A DNA stretch of 64,000 nt from the human T2T-CHM13v2.0 reference genome, Homo sapiens: assembly GCF_009914755.1 (NCBI RefSeq), contig NC_060931.1, one strand, 5' to 3'. The notes beneath the pieces were generated by a model. The model did no database searches, had not been told where the DNA came from, and saw only the letters and a program-made list of their open reading frames with translations. Positions within the stretch are counted from its first letter, which is position 1, and each line of letters begins with the position of its first letter. This document shows positions 1 to 16,329 of this stretch, piece by piece. The translations under genes and the position numbers were made by a program.

Positions 1-261
1 ACCCAGCCTCCTAACAACTTTTTAATTGATTAAAAGTATGCAGAGGCGGTCTGTAAGCAGTGCCACAGGTCCCAATTATACACCCTCCCCCTTAAACCCT
101 GCATGTCCTCCCTTCTTCCAGTCAGTTTGCTAAGAGGAAGACACCCGATACTGTTTAGGAATCTGTCTTCTTGCTAGAAATAGAACTGTTTTGAGATAGA
201 GGCGGTTGGAAGTTTTCTCTGAAGTGTCAAAAGCAAAGTTATATTTTAGAAGATTTTAATA

Positions 262-400
262 TTGTCACTTCATAGCCAAGTGATCTTGGGCAAATCACCT
301 AGCTGTTTTGAGACTCCGCTTCCTCATCTGCAAAATGGGGGAAATGATGATAATGTTGTTGGTCATAGTATATGAGAAAAGTACAAATATGAGAAAGTGT
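262..400 (+). mobile_element. MIR SINE
   Basis: Core motif gtgatcttgggcaaatcacct...cttcctcatctgcaaaatggggg. Confidence 0.75.
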
Positions 401-473
401 ACAAGCAAAAGCTTCTGGTGGCACCATGCAATTTAAGGATACATGTTTTTTATTTTTGTGTCCTCCTGTACAG

Positions 474-779
<306 letters not shown>

Positions 780-2578
780 CTAAGAGAGATCACTTTCGAC
801 CCATTTACATTATGATGCAATATGAAAATAAAATAAATACCACTCTAACATTTTCAGGACATATGGCAATTCTCCCTGTGCTGATTTTTTTTAAATGTAT
901 CTCTGCAGTATTAACATCCTCTAAATCATTCTCTTTGTTTTAGAGACAAGAAGGTAGTTGACAAGCTGTGAACCTGCATTGCATTCTAGTGATGGGACAC
1001 GTGGAAGGGGAAGCTGAAGTTGAAGGGTGGATGGTAGCAGCCACAGGGAGTGAGATGGGCTCGTTTCTGGAGCTGTTGGGAGAGAAAAAGGGAGTCAAAC
1101 GGGAATTCACACAGGGTTGTGCATTATATCCAAGTGTGTATTCAGATACAAGCCTTTATCTCAATACCTTCCTTACCCCCATTCCGCACATATCTCATAC
1201 CAAAGTACAAATAAAACCATTCCCAATTGTTCTAATATTTCATTTGATTTCTTGAGTCATGAAATGAAAATGTGGAGGGGTTAGTCATGTGAAGTGGCTG
1301 TGACTCAAATATCTTACGATGATATTTGTGCGCGTCTCATGAGAAATCATTGTGTTTCCACCTGAACTTGTTTGCTTGACTGCCTGAGAAGATAGTGTTG
1401 CTAACCTGAGAAGTTAATACGCTGCCTTAATGCTTGGGCTGGTAGAAGTGAGGGAGGGAAAGGAAGAGAACAAATGTGTCTCAGTGAACTGGGGCATGAC
1501 AGAAATTTAATAAGAACAGGTTGAGACAAGTGTTAAATACTGGAATCCCCCGGGAGCACAGCGATAGCTTGGTCCTTGTCAAAAAGTGTACTGGTTGGAG
1601 CTCAGGAGGGAAAGAGAAAGTGATAAATCAGCCATGTCTTGAAGTCCATTTTAATTTAGCTAGCCTGCGAGAAGAGAGGGCTGAAATAAACTATCAGCTC
1701 TGTCTTCTGCATTAAGCAAGCATAATTTATTTGAAAAACATTCAGTTTTATTTCTAGCTAGGCTAGGAGTTCTTGTAACTTCTACAGAGGGTTGGGAAGA
1801 AGATCGGCATAACCCATGCTTACTATTTGAAGTTACTGGTTCTGTTGTCAGGAGGTAATATTATATTGTTGTCTTGTAAAAGAAGTATTTGATAAGTATG
1901 GGACCTCTTAATTGGGCACAGATTGGATTTCTTTTACATTTTGCTTTGAAGAAGTTATTTATAAAGGGATCGTAATAGGGTAATTTATATCTTTTTCTAA
2001 CAAGTTCTAGTTTGAAAGTATTATAAATCTACTTACCCAGACACAGACACATTTGAACATATAGATAACAACCACCTCTGTTAAGAAATTAATGTACACA
2101 TTTCCAAATCTATCCCTGAGTTTAGGCGATCCAGGCCATGGGTCATAAACTATGAGAGCCACCTAGTGGGAAAATTTGGTAATTGCACCTATATCTTCAA
2201 ATTCTGGGTGTGAGAGCCACAGATAATTTCTGTTTATAAAATCTTAGAATACCATGGGAATATTTATCAACATGATATGAAAGTGACAGCGATTTTTATA
2301 TATTCCTACTATTATAAAGATGGTAGGCCCTTAGGCTAGGAAGTAGCTTTCTTAACTTGACCTAGTCATCACAGTAATGATAGACTTTTGACCAGGTGAG
2401 GAAGGGAGGGTGGGGTGTGCCACCATGTTGCCTCACTTTTGGGCTTTCTGCTTTGGATACATATGAAAAAACCAGAAACCAAGTCACCTAGGAGGCGCTG
2501 GCTGGGAAAAAAATGGTGCCCACTGTTTGTAGTGTGTCTGTTAGGTTGTAAGCTAGAGAGAGATGCTTACACTCTAAC

Positions 2579-2967
<389 letters not shown>

Positions 2968-3199
2968 TCTGATTAAGTCTTCTTACACTGAAGCTGCTGT
3001 GTTGTCTGAACAGAGCCTCAATTAAGAAGTGACTGAAGCTTTTCCCCTCCCTCCCTCTCTTCCTTTCTTCCTTCCTTTCTTCTTTGTTTCAACAGTTCTG
3101 GGGAAGTACTAAATATTAGACCAAAATTAAAACCTGATACCCACCGTAAAAGTTCTTGTTTGTTTTTGAGAAGCACTAGGAGTTAATGGAATGGGTATT

Positions 3200-3340
3200 T
3201 AGTGGCCTTTGGATTCTGTAGACTCCTAGCTCTCTGCCTCCTATGTGTAAGGCCTTGGACATTTCTCTTAACCTCTCTGAGACTGAGCTTCTTCACATGC
3301 AAATGGACTCATTTACCTTCCAGGAGCACCTCTGTGGGAG
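3200..3340 (+). mobile_element. MIR SINE
   Basis: ccttggacatttctcttaacctctctgagactgagcttcttcacatgcaaatgg matches the MIR core. Confidence 0.65.
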
Positions 3341-3490
3341 GGGGATGCACCATGTGAAAGAGGTAAGCCCTAAGGTGGAGGCAGAAGCAAGTGGCCAAGG
3401 GAATACAGGAGGCTAATTTTGACAGGAACTGTATGGGAAAAGGTGGCCTTTGTGTTGAGCCTAGTAGAATGACTTCAATAGGCAGTTTTT

Positions 3491-4190
3491 ATTCATTCAT
3501 TCAACAAAAATTTATTGAGATCTTATTATGAGTCAGGCACTGTTCTAAGTGCTGGGGATATACCAGCAAACAACAAAATAGAAAAAAAAAAAAAACCCAA
3601 ACCCCACCCTCCCTGAGTGTACATTCTAGGGGGAGGAGCCAGACAGTACATAAAAAAATAACAAAATGCATTCTTCAGATGGTGAGACATACTGGGAGAA
3701 AAATTAAAACAGGGTTAGGGGAATAGGAATCACATAAGGAGGGCTCTATTATACAGATATGGTAACTTTTGAGCAAAGAATTGAAGGAGGAAAAGAATGC
3801 GCTACAAAAGTCATCAGAGGGAAGAGCAATCCAGACCAAGGAAACAGCCCTAAAGTCCAGGGCAGGCATGCATGGGGTTCATGGAAGGACAGGGAGGCCA
3901 GAGCTTTAGGAGGGAGATGGTCATAGGGGTTGGATGGGGAGCAGCACACCTAAGGCCTCCCAGGCTATTTCACAGATTTTTGCTTTGACTTTGAGTGAGA
4001 TGGAAGCCATTAGAGGGAGTCCAATGAAAGGAGATGCATATTCTCTGACTTACCTTTGAAGAGATCAACCTGCCCAGCGTGCAGAACACAGATGGGGCAA
4101 GGCAGGGGAGGGCTGAGGGCAGAAGCATGGGTAGGTTAGGAGGCTGTTGTCTTGGTCTAAATAAGAGATGAGAGGGCTTGAAGCGGGGTT
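3491..4190 (-). mobile_element. L2 LINE 3' portion
   Basis: attcattcattcaacaaaaatttattgag...caggcactgttctaagtgctgggg is the reverse complement of the L2 3' end. Confidence 0.75.
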
Positions 4191-6074
4191 TCCAGGACTG
4201 TGCAGGGGCTGGGGAGAGTCAGCTGTGTGACAAATGTTTCAGGCCCACACAAGCATCAGCAGCTCGATGCCTGTACGAAATGGGAAAATGGCTTTTGTCC
4301 AAGGAATGGCGTGCAGGGTGGTGTGACTGGCTGAGTTGGGCTAAAGAGGGGGAACTCGGAGATGGGCTAAGGCTGGAGTCAGCCTCGGTGACCAACTACA
4401 CTGAACTTTCTTTCTTTCTTTTTTTTTTTTTTTGAACTTTCTTCCCTATCTAACCTGGAACCAGTAAAATTTTGAATATGGGAGACACGTGCTCAGAGGA
4501 GCATTTTGGGCTCTGGTGGCTGAATGGGGGAAGAGCTGGAAGAGGCAGCGACTGGAATCAGAGAGATAATGATCCAGGGAAGAAACAGTAAGAGCTCAAA
4601 CTTGGGCAATGAGTGGATAGAGGGAGGCGATGAGTGACATTTCACTTGTAGTATGACAGGGTATGTTGGCTGCTTAGATATAGAGGTGAGGGAAATTAAC
4701 CAATAACCATATTCAGATTGGTAGTTATATTTTTGGTTCAAAAAAACCTTACCTCAGTGTGAAAGTAGGGGTGCTGGAAATAAATTTCTGACCTCTGGGA
4801 AAATGCTTTAGAGACAATGGTGACGAATTAGGATTTTGTTTGGCCGATGGGAGACTTTGAGTGATGGGGTTGGCAATGGAGACTGACAGGCAGGGAACCA
4901 GAAAAGCCTGGATGAGGATTGTTGAGAAAAGGTCAGGAAGCAGGCAGAGTCATTCAGATGCTCGGGAGGACAGCATTGGTTAAAAACGGCCAAGATACGG
5001 AAGGGGCATTTATGAAGATTTGCAGTGGGCTGTGGGATGGAATGCATCCTCCATCTCTGTCCCCCAGCAATGCCTTCTGTAAAAACGATATCATCATGTG
5101 GTGCTTTTGGATTTAGAGTCTTGATTTTCTTGGAAGGATGGGATACCAAAGACTAAGGACAGTTACCCATGACTAAGGCAGTCTTTTTGTTTTCCTCTGC
5201 TGCTTGTCACCTGGTAGAACAAAATGAATGAAAATTTTAGTTAAGTCCTGATATTTTTCTTTCCTTTCCTCTGTTTGATATGTTCTCTTCCTGCTGTCTG
5301 CTCTTCTAAATCCTCCTATTTTGCTCTATGTTTCTGCTCTGTGACATGAATTTCACTTTGTATCTCCTAATAGTCTAGCGGGATTAAAAATAAAAGTCAC
5401 TTTCTGATGGTGCCTTTGCTCTCCAGTTCTCTCCAGCAGCACCGACACCTTCCGCCGTCCTCCCTGAAGGTCTGGCCTTCTGCCAAAAGGTTGTATTTGT
5501 TCAGAAGGTGCTCTGAAGTTCACTCAGTTCTTTACTCAGTTATTTACTGGTCTTTTATTTCCTCATGAGGATTTGTTCTGTTTTTCTTCATCACTCTTCT
5601 TTCAGCTTGAAATGCATCCCTCACTGCCTTTTTGCAACTTTCAGAACTAAAATACATAAATAAAACAAACAATAGGATAATAGAAAGATAGCCCCTTATT
5701 ATCGTAATTAATGTTACCTTTATCACCAAGTCTTTATGAAGCACCTAATTGTAAGTGGCTGGTGAGGACAGCAATGGACAAACATAACTACTTTAAGAAA
5801 CTCTCATGGCACTTAAGGAGTTAAGAGTCTGTCACCAAGAACCATGGACACTCACATGCAATGGAAATGACAAAATGTCCCGATTTTCTTGGGTAAATCA
5901 AAGCCTTTTGGCTTTGATCCCTCAGCTTTTACTAGCCATGCAATCTTAGGCAATTCTGTTGATTTCGTTTGGCTTTGAGTGGGGATAATAAGATCTTATC
6001 TAAAGTCAAGGGCAGGACTACATAATCTCCCAAGGGCCCTTTAGCATTAAGATCTAAAATTTTGTGAATGCTAT

Positions 6075-6433
6075 TGTATTAGTCTCTTTTCACGCTGCTG
6101 ATAAAGACATACCCAAGACTGGGTAATTTACAAAAGAAAGAGGTTTATTGGACTTACAATTCCACGTGGCTGGGGAGGCCTCACAATCATGGCAGAAGGT
6201 GAAAGGCAAGAAGGAGCAGGTCACATCTTACATGGATGGCAGCAGGCACAGAGAGCTTGTGCAGGGAAACTCCCCCTTATAATACCATCAGATCTTGTGA
6301 GACTTATTTGCTATCATGAGAACACTATGGGAAAGACCTGCCCCCATGATTCAATTACCTCCCACTGGGTGTCTCCCACAACACATGGAAATTCAAGATG
6401 AGATTTGGGTGGGGACACAGCCAAACCATATCA
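6075..6433 (-). mobile_element. THE1 (MaLR) solo LTR, THE1A/B-like
   Basis: Runs from tgtattagtc to ggggacacagccaaaccatatca; perfect 5-bp TSD GCTAT at 6070-6074 and 6434-6438. Confidence 0.92.
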
Positions 6434-6483
6434 GCTATTTACTTGAAGTTCTCAGAAACAAAGTCACAATTGATCCAATATAA

Positions 6484-6789
<306 letters not shown>

Positions 6790-6989
6790 AGATCCAATAT
6801 AATTTTAGAATTCTTACTCTGAAGAAGAGTTCAGAGATAAGAAGGCAATACTAAAATGAAGCCATATATAAGGCATAATACAGCCTTTAAGATGCACATT
6901 GCTGTGTGGAAAAGTTAGAACAGGGCCTTTATCTGCATGCCTCTCTAGGCGCCTCTGGGACAGAACATTGATAGCTGTTTTGCAGTTCT

Positions 6990-7165
6990 TATATGAACCA
7001 GCACCGTGTCAAGCCCTTCACATACATTGCCATTCAGTCTTATAAGAACTCATGTGGTTTGCTCATTTTGCTGATAAATAAACTGAAATCAAGGTTATTC
7101 AGCTAGGAATAGTCAAGGTGACCTTCAAACCCAGAAGTTCTGACACCAGAACTCACATTCAGTTG
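6990..7165 (-). mobile_element. MIR SINE
   Basis: ctcattttgctgataaataaactga...ttcaaacccag...tctgacaccagaac. Confidence 0.6.
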
Positions 7166-8610
7166 CTGCATTTAACTCTCATCACTCTGTGTAGACACAA
7201 GGAATCTTATTTATGCAAAGGCTTTGGTAGCAATGGCTAGGTTCTGAAGACTCTGGGGTTTAGATGGTGCACAAAGTAAAGAAGCATTAAAGAATGTTGC
7301 CTCATTGGATGCCTGGAAGGCAGGGAACTTGCATCCAGAGTTGGAGAGAATGCAGATGTGTGAACTAAAAATGGGACACAGGTCTTGCCATCCAGGAAGT
7401 TTTCTCAGGGTGTCTGCTTTCTGAGATACCCATTGAAAGTGTGTCATCTATGGGGAAAAAAAGATCTGTGTGATCCCTTAAAGACTTGACTACCTAAAGC
7501 TGATGGAAAGAGCACAGTTCTTAGAGGTAAGACCTCTCCTCTATGGCTGGGAGCTGCAGGAGGCTGGTGGCAGGTCATGGGCAGGCTGAGCAGCGGTGGA
7601 GATGGACAGCAACAGCAGGCAGCAGAGCTGCTGTGGGAGCAGAGTCCGGGACAGCTGTGCAGGGGCTGGATGCCCATGAGAGGGCTAGGTCTGGAGACCC
7701 ACAGACCAAGCTGGCAGGGCGCACAGGGCCTAGTGCCATTGCAATGTGTCATTTGTCCCCCAGGCTGGGGGGACCTGGGGAAATGACTGTACAAATTCAT
7801 CTTTTATGTATAAAACCTCTTCCTCCAAACTGGGCTTGAGAAATGTGCTGGTCTGTTGCTGTAGCTGCCTTACCAAAAGGTGAGTTCTAATTTTTCTGTT
7901 ATACTTGATATTGACAATGAGCCCCATGAGCTTCTGTAAGGGGGTGTTTTTTGCTGACCATACCCCTGAGATGGCTATGATGTAGTCACATAGGATGAGG
8001 TGCCTCCTTCTTCCTCAGAGTGCATCAAGCCCTCCACCTTACAGTGATGACAGGAGACCCAGGAGTTCACTCTAACCCTCATCTGGTACTCCCACCCCCA
8101 TCCTGTTATGTCTCTGGGTCTCCTAATGCTTATTAGAGTCTAGGTCTGGAAGAGGGTGGGAGCCCAGTTTGACGGCTGCAAAGTAATTGCCTTAAAACCC
8201 AAAAGCTGGGTGAAGCTTCATGCCTCCTTTACGGCTAATGATGACAATGCATGCTGCTCACTGGCCTGGCTAACCTCAGCACTGGACTACTCTCTTTCCC
8301 CAAGGTCATACTCAGTGGAGGGCGCCACGTGGACTAGGCTGGGTTTTAAGTCAAAGTGCAGTGTGCAGAAGGATGCAGGGGTCTGATATGGCTGCCCAGG
8401 GTTGTGGGGCATCAGGGTGCTGTGGGCTAGGCTCAGCTCAGAGAGGCTCAAGAATGCCAAACTCCGTGAGCTCCCTCCAGTAACCAGGAGATGCTGAGAC
8501 CAGCATCTCCTGGTGGACACTATGCCAAGAGCCTGTTTCTATAGAAAGCTACTCTGCAGTGGAAGTGTTTCCGTCACCCAGGAATACTGGGTGACAACCA
8601 CGAAAGCTTG

Positions 8611-10352
8611 TGTGTCCAGAATTGTTGGGTTCTTGGTCTCCCTGACTTCAAGAATGAAGCTGCGGACCCTCGCGGTGAGTGTTACAGCTCTTAAGGTAGC
8701 GCGTCTGGAGTTTGTTCCTTCTGATGTTCGGATGTGTTGAGAGTTTCTTCTTTCTGGTGGGTTCGTGGTCTCGCGGGTTTCAGGAGTGAAGCTGCAGACG
8801 TTCGCGGTGCGTGTTATAGCTCTTAAGGCAGCACGTCTGGAGTTGCTCGTTCTTCCCAGTGGGCTCGTGGTCTCGTTGGCTTCAGGAATGAAGCTGCAGA
8901 CTTTCGCGGTGAGTGTTACAGCTCATAAAAGCAGTGTGGACCCAAAGAGTGAGCAGCAGCAAGATTTATTGCAAGAAGCGAAAGAACAAAGCTCCCACAT
9001 TGTGAAAGGGGACCCCAGCGGGTTGCCACTGCTGGCTCCGGCAGCCTGCTTTTATTCTCTTATCTGGCCCCACCCACATTCTGCTGATTGGTAGAGCCAA
9101 GTGGTCTGTTTTGACAGGGTGCTGATTGGTGCGTTTACAATCCCTGAGCTAGATATAAAGGTTCTCCACGTCCCCATCAGATTAGTTAGATACAGAGTAT
9201 CCACACAAAGGTTTTCCAAGGCCCCACCAGAGCGGCTAGATACAGAGTGTCGATTGGTGCATTCACAAACCTTGAGCTAAACACAGGGTGCTGATTGGTG
9301 TGTTTACAAACCTTGAGCTAGATACAGAGTGCTGATTGGTGTGTTTACAATCCTTGAGCTAGACACAAAGTTCTCCAAGGCCCCACCAGAGCAGCTAGAT
9401 ACAGAGTGTTGATTGGTGTATTTACAATCCCTGAGCTAGACATAAAGGTTCTCCAAGGCCCCACCAGAGCAGCTAGATACAGAGTGTTGATTGGTGCACT
9501 CACAAACCCTGAGCTAGACACAGGGTGCTGATTGGTGTGTTTGCAATCCCTAAGCTAGACATAAACGTTCTCCAAGGCCCCACCAGAGCAGCTAGATACA
9601 GAGTGTCCATTGGTGCACTCACAAACCCTGAGCTAGACACAGGGTGCTGATTGGTGTGTTTACAATCCCTGAGCTAGACATAAAGACTCTCCACGTCCCC
9701 ACCAGACTCAGGAGCCCAGCTGGCTTCACCCAGTGGATCCCGCACCGGGGCTGTAGGTGGAGCTGCCTGCCAGTTCCGCGCCATGCGCTCGCACTCCTCA
9801 GCCCTTGGGCGGTCGATGGGACTGGGCACCCTGGAGCAGGGGGCGGCATTCGTCGGGGAGGCTTGGGCTGCACAGGAACCCACGGAGGCGGGGGAAGGCT
9901 CAGGCATGGTGGGCTGCAGTCCCGAGGCCTGCCCCGCGGGAAGGCAGCTAAGGCCCGGCGAGAAATCGAGCACAGCGCCGGTGGGCTGGCACTGCTGGGG
10001 GACCCCGTACACGCTCCGCAGCCGCTGGCGCGGGTGCTAAGCCCCTCACTGCCTGGGGCCGGCAGGGCCGGCCGGCCGCTCCGAGTGCGGGGCCCGCCAA
10101 GCCCACGCCCACCCGGAACTCCAGCTGGCCCGCAAGCGCTGCGCACAGCCCCGGTTCCCACTCGCGCCTCTCCCTCCACACCTCCCTGCAAGCTAAGGGA
10201 GCCGGCTCTGGCCTTGGCCAGCCCAGAAGGGGGCTCCCACAGTGCAGCGGCGGGCCGAAGGGCTCAAGTGCCACCAAAGTGGGAACCCAGGCAGAGGAGG
10301 CGCCGAAAGCAAGCGAGGGCTCTGAGGACTGCCAGCATGCTGTCACCTGTCA
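8611..10352 (-). mobile_element. LTR12C (ERV9) solo LTR, 1742 bp
   Basis: Ends tgtgtccagaatt and gctgtcacctgtca; 4-bp TSD CTTG at 8607-8610 and 10353-10356; tandem U3 enhancer repeats and a CpG-rich segment. Confidence 0.95.
9050..9660 (-). promoter_or_regulatory. LTR12C U3 enhancer/promoter: ten CCAAT (NF-Y) boxes, GATA sites and a TATA-like AATAAAA
   Basis: ATTGG on + at 9087, 9125, 9253, 9294, 9335, 9412, 9490, 9531, 9609 and 9650 within roughly 40-bp repeats; TTTTATT at 9050-9056. Confidence 0.8.
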
Positions 10353-10792
10353 CTTGGGCACAGCTTTTTTTCCTGGCAATTCTTTTCAACATTTCTGTTT
10401 TACCAGTATTTTTTTCAATTATGTAATGAATACCTGCATATGTTCTCTTTGTACACATTCCAGCATTACATATAAAGCAGAAATGCACCTTGACTACCAT
10501 TCCTGATTCAGTCCCCTGGGTATCAGTTTATTTTTAAACTTTCAGACTTTCCCCCATGCTTTTTCTTTCTCTCTCTCTCTCTATAATTACACGTAGCATG
10601 TTTTTATATGTATAGATTTTTATATAGTTGATATCAGCTGTACACGCTATATACATTTTTCTGAAACAACTTTCTTCACTCAGCTGTCTTGGAGCTTTCT
10701 CCATATCTAGATTTAGCTAATCCTTCTAACTGTGGCGGGGTATTCCACAGTATAATATATCATATTTTATGTAATTAAACATAATGTGTCTG

Positions 10793-11170
<378 letters not shown>

Positions 11171-11619
11171 CTATATTAATTTACCTAAAATGATTAAAAA
11201 TCAATATGATGTCCTAATTGAATATAAGAATATAAAGGAAAGCAATTTATAATAAAAATAATTTGCATTTTGATATATAAATCATTCACATTTGATAGGT
11301 ATGTGGTACACTGTAGTAGATAACATAATGACATAGACAGGTGCTTGCCCCTATATGGAGACACAAGGGAATGTGACAGATCCAAATCCAGACAGATTTA
11401 GGTGTGTTTTGTTACTGATTTAAATAATGTGTGTGATGTTGCCATCAACTTCATGATTTTTCTGAGATGATAAATAACTCATGGTAAAGATTCAAATTAA
11501 ACAAAATTCCAGAGTCTTTCAATTTATTTGATGGTTTCATTTTTAGAAAAGTCACTGTATATTAAAAGTGTGCAAAAATTACTTTATATATAGTGTAGTT
11601 AAATTCTTGGCTCAGATGT

Positions 11620-11818
11620 TTTTCGCCCACATGAATGCCTGGCAGGACACCCAAAGTCCTTGCTGGATGGGGGAAAATTCTTCATTTTTTGGGGTCCATC
11701 CTGGCTGAAACCAATAAATGTCAATAGTAATCCCGAAGACGGTGACCACCAAAAACACTCACATAAATTTCCTAAGTACCTTTTAGAGGGGGGCACTATT
11801 CACATTAAGAACCAATGA
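11620..11818. mobile_element. hAT-Charlie (MER20-like) DNA transposon remnant
   Basis: gtgaccaccaaaaacactc...agagggggcactattcacattaagaaccaatg resembles a Charlie-type terminus. Confidence 0.4.
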
Positions 11819-12624
11819 TTTAATGATAATGCTTATGCTTTCTCCCCCCTCTAGATGTTTTCACAAGGAGCACTTTTCTCTAAGCCTTTTTGTGCGCATG
11901 TTGCAACAATTCCTCAGGGAAGAATATTGTTTCAACTTAGGTGCTCTCACTAGGTGGGGGCATGAAGTGTGACTTCTCCAGAGGATGGCTGTTTCATTTT
12001 CTGTTTCTCTTCTCTATGTGACCTCCAGACCTGGGTTGGAGCAAATTCCAGTTCACTCAGAAAACCCAGAGCTATGACCTTTCTTTTATCTATGGGAATC
12101 CAGCCTTCCTTAGGGGAGGTAACCCTTACTGGGCCTTCTCAGAACAGTGTTTCACTCATGATTTCAAAGAGCTCACCCTACTCTTCCAAGAAGGCCCTCC
12201 TCAGCTAGTCTGACTTGTTTGTAAACTAAACACATTGTGAGGTTTAATCTCTGGTAAGACAGCCCTTTGGTGGGGAAGCCACCACTTAGACAAAGATCAG
12301 ATTCAGAATAAGAACAAAATAAGCAGAAGCTATTATTATTAGATTCATTGATTAGCAAGGTATCTTAATTTAAAATTGTCAGTAGCTTGAAGGCATTTCT
12401 TGAAGAGATGGTAAAGTTGGACTTCGTCCCAGAGAGACTGATGAAAAGGAAAGAGGTAAGTACTGAGAAAGAGAAAGTCAGAATCCTGGAATCTTAGGCT
12501 GGCAGGAACTTTGAAGATATCTAGTTTAAGGTCTTTGATGCCCATTGCAGGATTCAAAATATTAAGACGATGCTGTTATGAGATTTGAGATATGTTTGTT
12601 AGTAAGAAATAAAAATACCTCCTT

Positions 12625-13585
<961 letters not shown>

Positions 13586-13817
13586 TACACACATATCTTT
13601 ATATACCTTGCCTTATCAAATGTTCCTGACGTTGCCAAGTACTTCTTATTACATTTGTACACATCAAATTTGAAAAAGAGGGAGCGATTTATCCTAGGTT
13701 ACATATTGAGAAAGTGACAAAAGTATAACTGAAGCCCAATTCTTCTGAATCTAAATTATATGCACTTTGTAACAGACCAATGCTAAATTAATTTAAAATG
13801 GTAGAATGTCATGATAA

Positions 13818-14193
<376 letters not shown>

Positions 14194-14654
14194 TCTGATT
14201 CTTTTTAATATTTGCCTGCATGGGCGTATTTACTCATTGTCACCTGGTGATATAAATATGAAATATTATGGGAAAAAGGAGAAACAGGGAAGGTGAGAAA
14301 ACACTTGTTAGTTATTCAAAACAGCAATCTTGGTTTTGAAGTTTGAAGTTTAATCACTGAGAAATGGCACAGAAATAAAGCTGGTTTCTTTGGGTTCCAT
14401 CAGGCAATGTGAAATATCGTGAAGCGAGGTGGTATCACGGAGTTCCATCCGGGGCAAATGTAGAATGGCAGCAGCTTCACTACATTTTTCTGAGAAAAAC
14501 AGAGGCATAGACAGTGCATCTCATAAAAAAGAGCAAAACCTGGAGTGCTTACGACATCCTTAAACAGGATTACAGGAAAAAATGATGGATGTGAATGTGT
14601 TTAGCACAATGTCAGCTTCATATTAGATTTTTAATTAATGTTGGTTTAATTTGA

Positions 14655-15114
<460 letters not shown>

Positions 15115-16233
15115 TTGTGATTTTTTAAAATACATTTTTTTCTTACTTTTGTTCCCATTATCTGATGGAGGAAAAAAATGAACAAATCTATCAACCAACT
15201 TACCTGGGAGCCTGGTGCTCATTTCCTATTGGTTCCACATTCACTCCCTAGTCCTCCTGCAACCACTCTGAAATCCCTTCCTAGTTTTACCCAGCTGGAA
15301 ATGCCACCACTTTAGCCATACTGAAGTTCTTCTACATTCTTCATTTCTGCATGTGCAGGCAAGTAAAATGATAGGGATTTCTGTGGGCGTTGTCAGGAGC
15401 TGAAAGATTGGGAATGCTTTTGAAAACTCCTTCTCCATTGAGTTTAAGAGGAAACGGGTGAGTTTTCCCATTATTTCGGTAGGATAGCAGATGCCTCTTC
15501 ATTTACCCCTTTATTTTACCCTCCCATGCCCAGTTCTGTCCTACCACTAAGAGTGAGTACGTCGGTTGCCGCATTCTGGCCTTGTCCTAAGAAGTGTTTC
15601 ACAATCTAACACCACCAATACTCCCCTCACCCCCGGTGCCTTAAGTAAGGAAGGACTGGGCTGCTGAGTGGCAGGTGGGGGCTGTCTGAGGATGGGAGGG
15701 GGAAATAAGATGGAACGGGGTGGACAGAAAAAAAATCAGGAGAAAAATTATTATTTGAGAAATGGAAATCTTGGATTAGGATTTTTTTTGCAAGATGATT
15801 AAGCCATTTTAGAAACATGACTCATATTGTCTTCTGCCCTTTCTTCCTCTAAGTAATTATGAAGAACACATACTTGGAAGATTTTAATAAAATTATGAGT
15901 AATATTAGATCACTTTAATTCCTGTTTACGGAGGACAGCAGTCAAGTACCTAACTGTGAGAGGAAAATGAATCTTTGCTTCTAGGAGGCACCATCATTTA
16001 CGAAAACCAAAGAGGGCCAATTTGACTGTTTTTACTTGTACCCCTCTCCTTCTTGACTTTTCTCATTTTTTCTTAAGATTTTGTCAAAGTGATATATGCA
16101 TCTAGACCAAAGAGCCAGGTATTTCTGCTTAAAGGGACATTTCTTTGTTTGTTTTTTTAAAAATAGAGGCTTTCGTTTCCATCCTCTTCCAATTCCTGTT
16201 TCCCAAGGCAACTACTTTCAACTCTTTTACCTG

Positions 16234-16264
<31 letters not shown>

Positions 16265-16308
16265 TGTGCATGTGCACGTGTATGTGCATGTGTGTGTGTG
16301 TGTGTGTG
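16234..16308. repeat. Interrupted (TG)n microsatellite
   Basis: Directly visible in the sequence. Confidence 0.95.
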
Positions 16309-16329
16309 CTTTCCGCTATGGAATATGAA

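Noticed and set aside
9085-9700. Regularly spaced repeats of about 40 bp that look CRISPR-like
   Set aside because: They are ERV9 U3 enhancer tandem repeats with no unique spacers, in human DNA.
9619-10426. Overlapping ORFs of 260, 190, 132 and 112 aa
   Set aside because: They lie essentially within the GC-rich LTR12C, where stop codons are scarce, and show no recognisable protein family.
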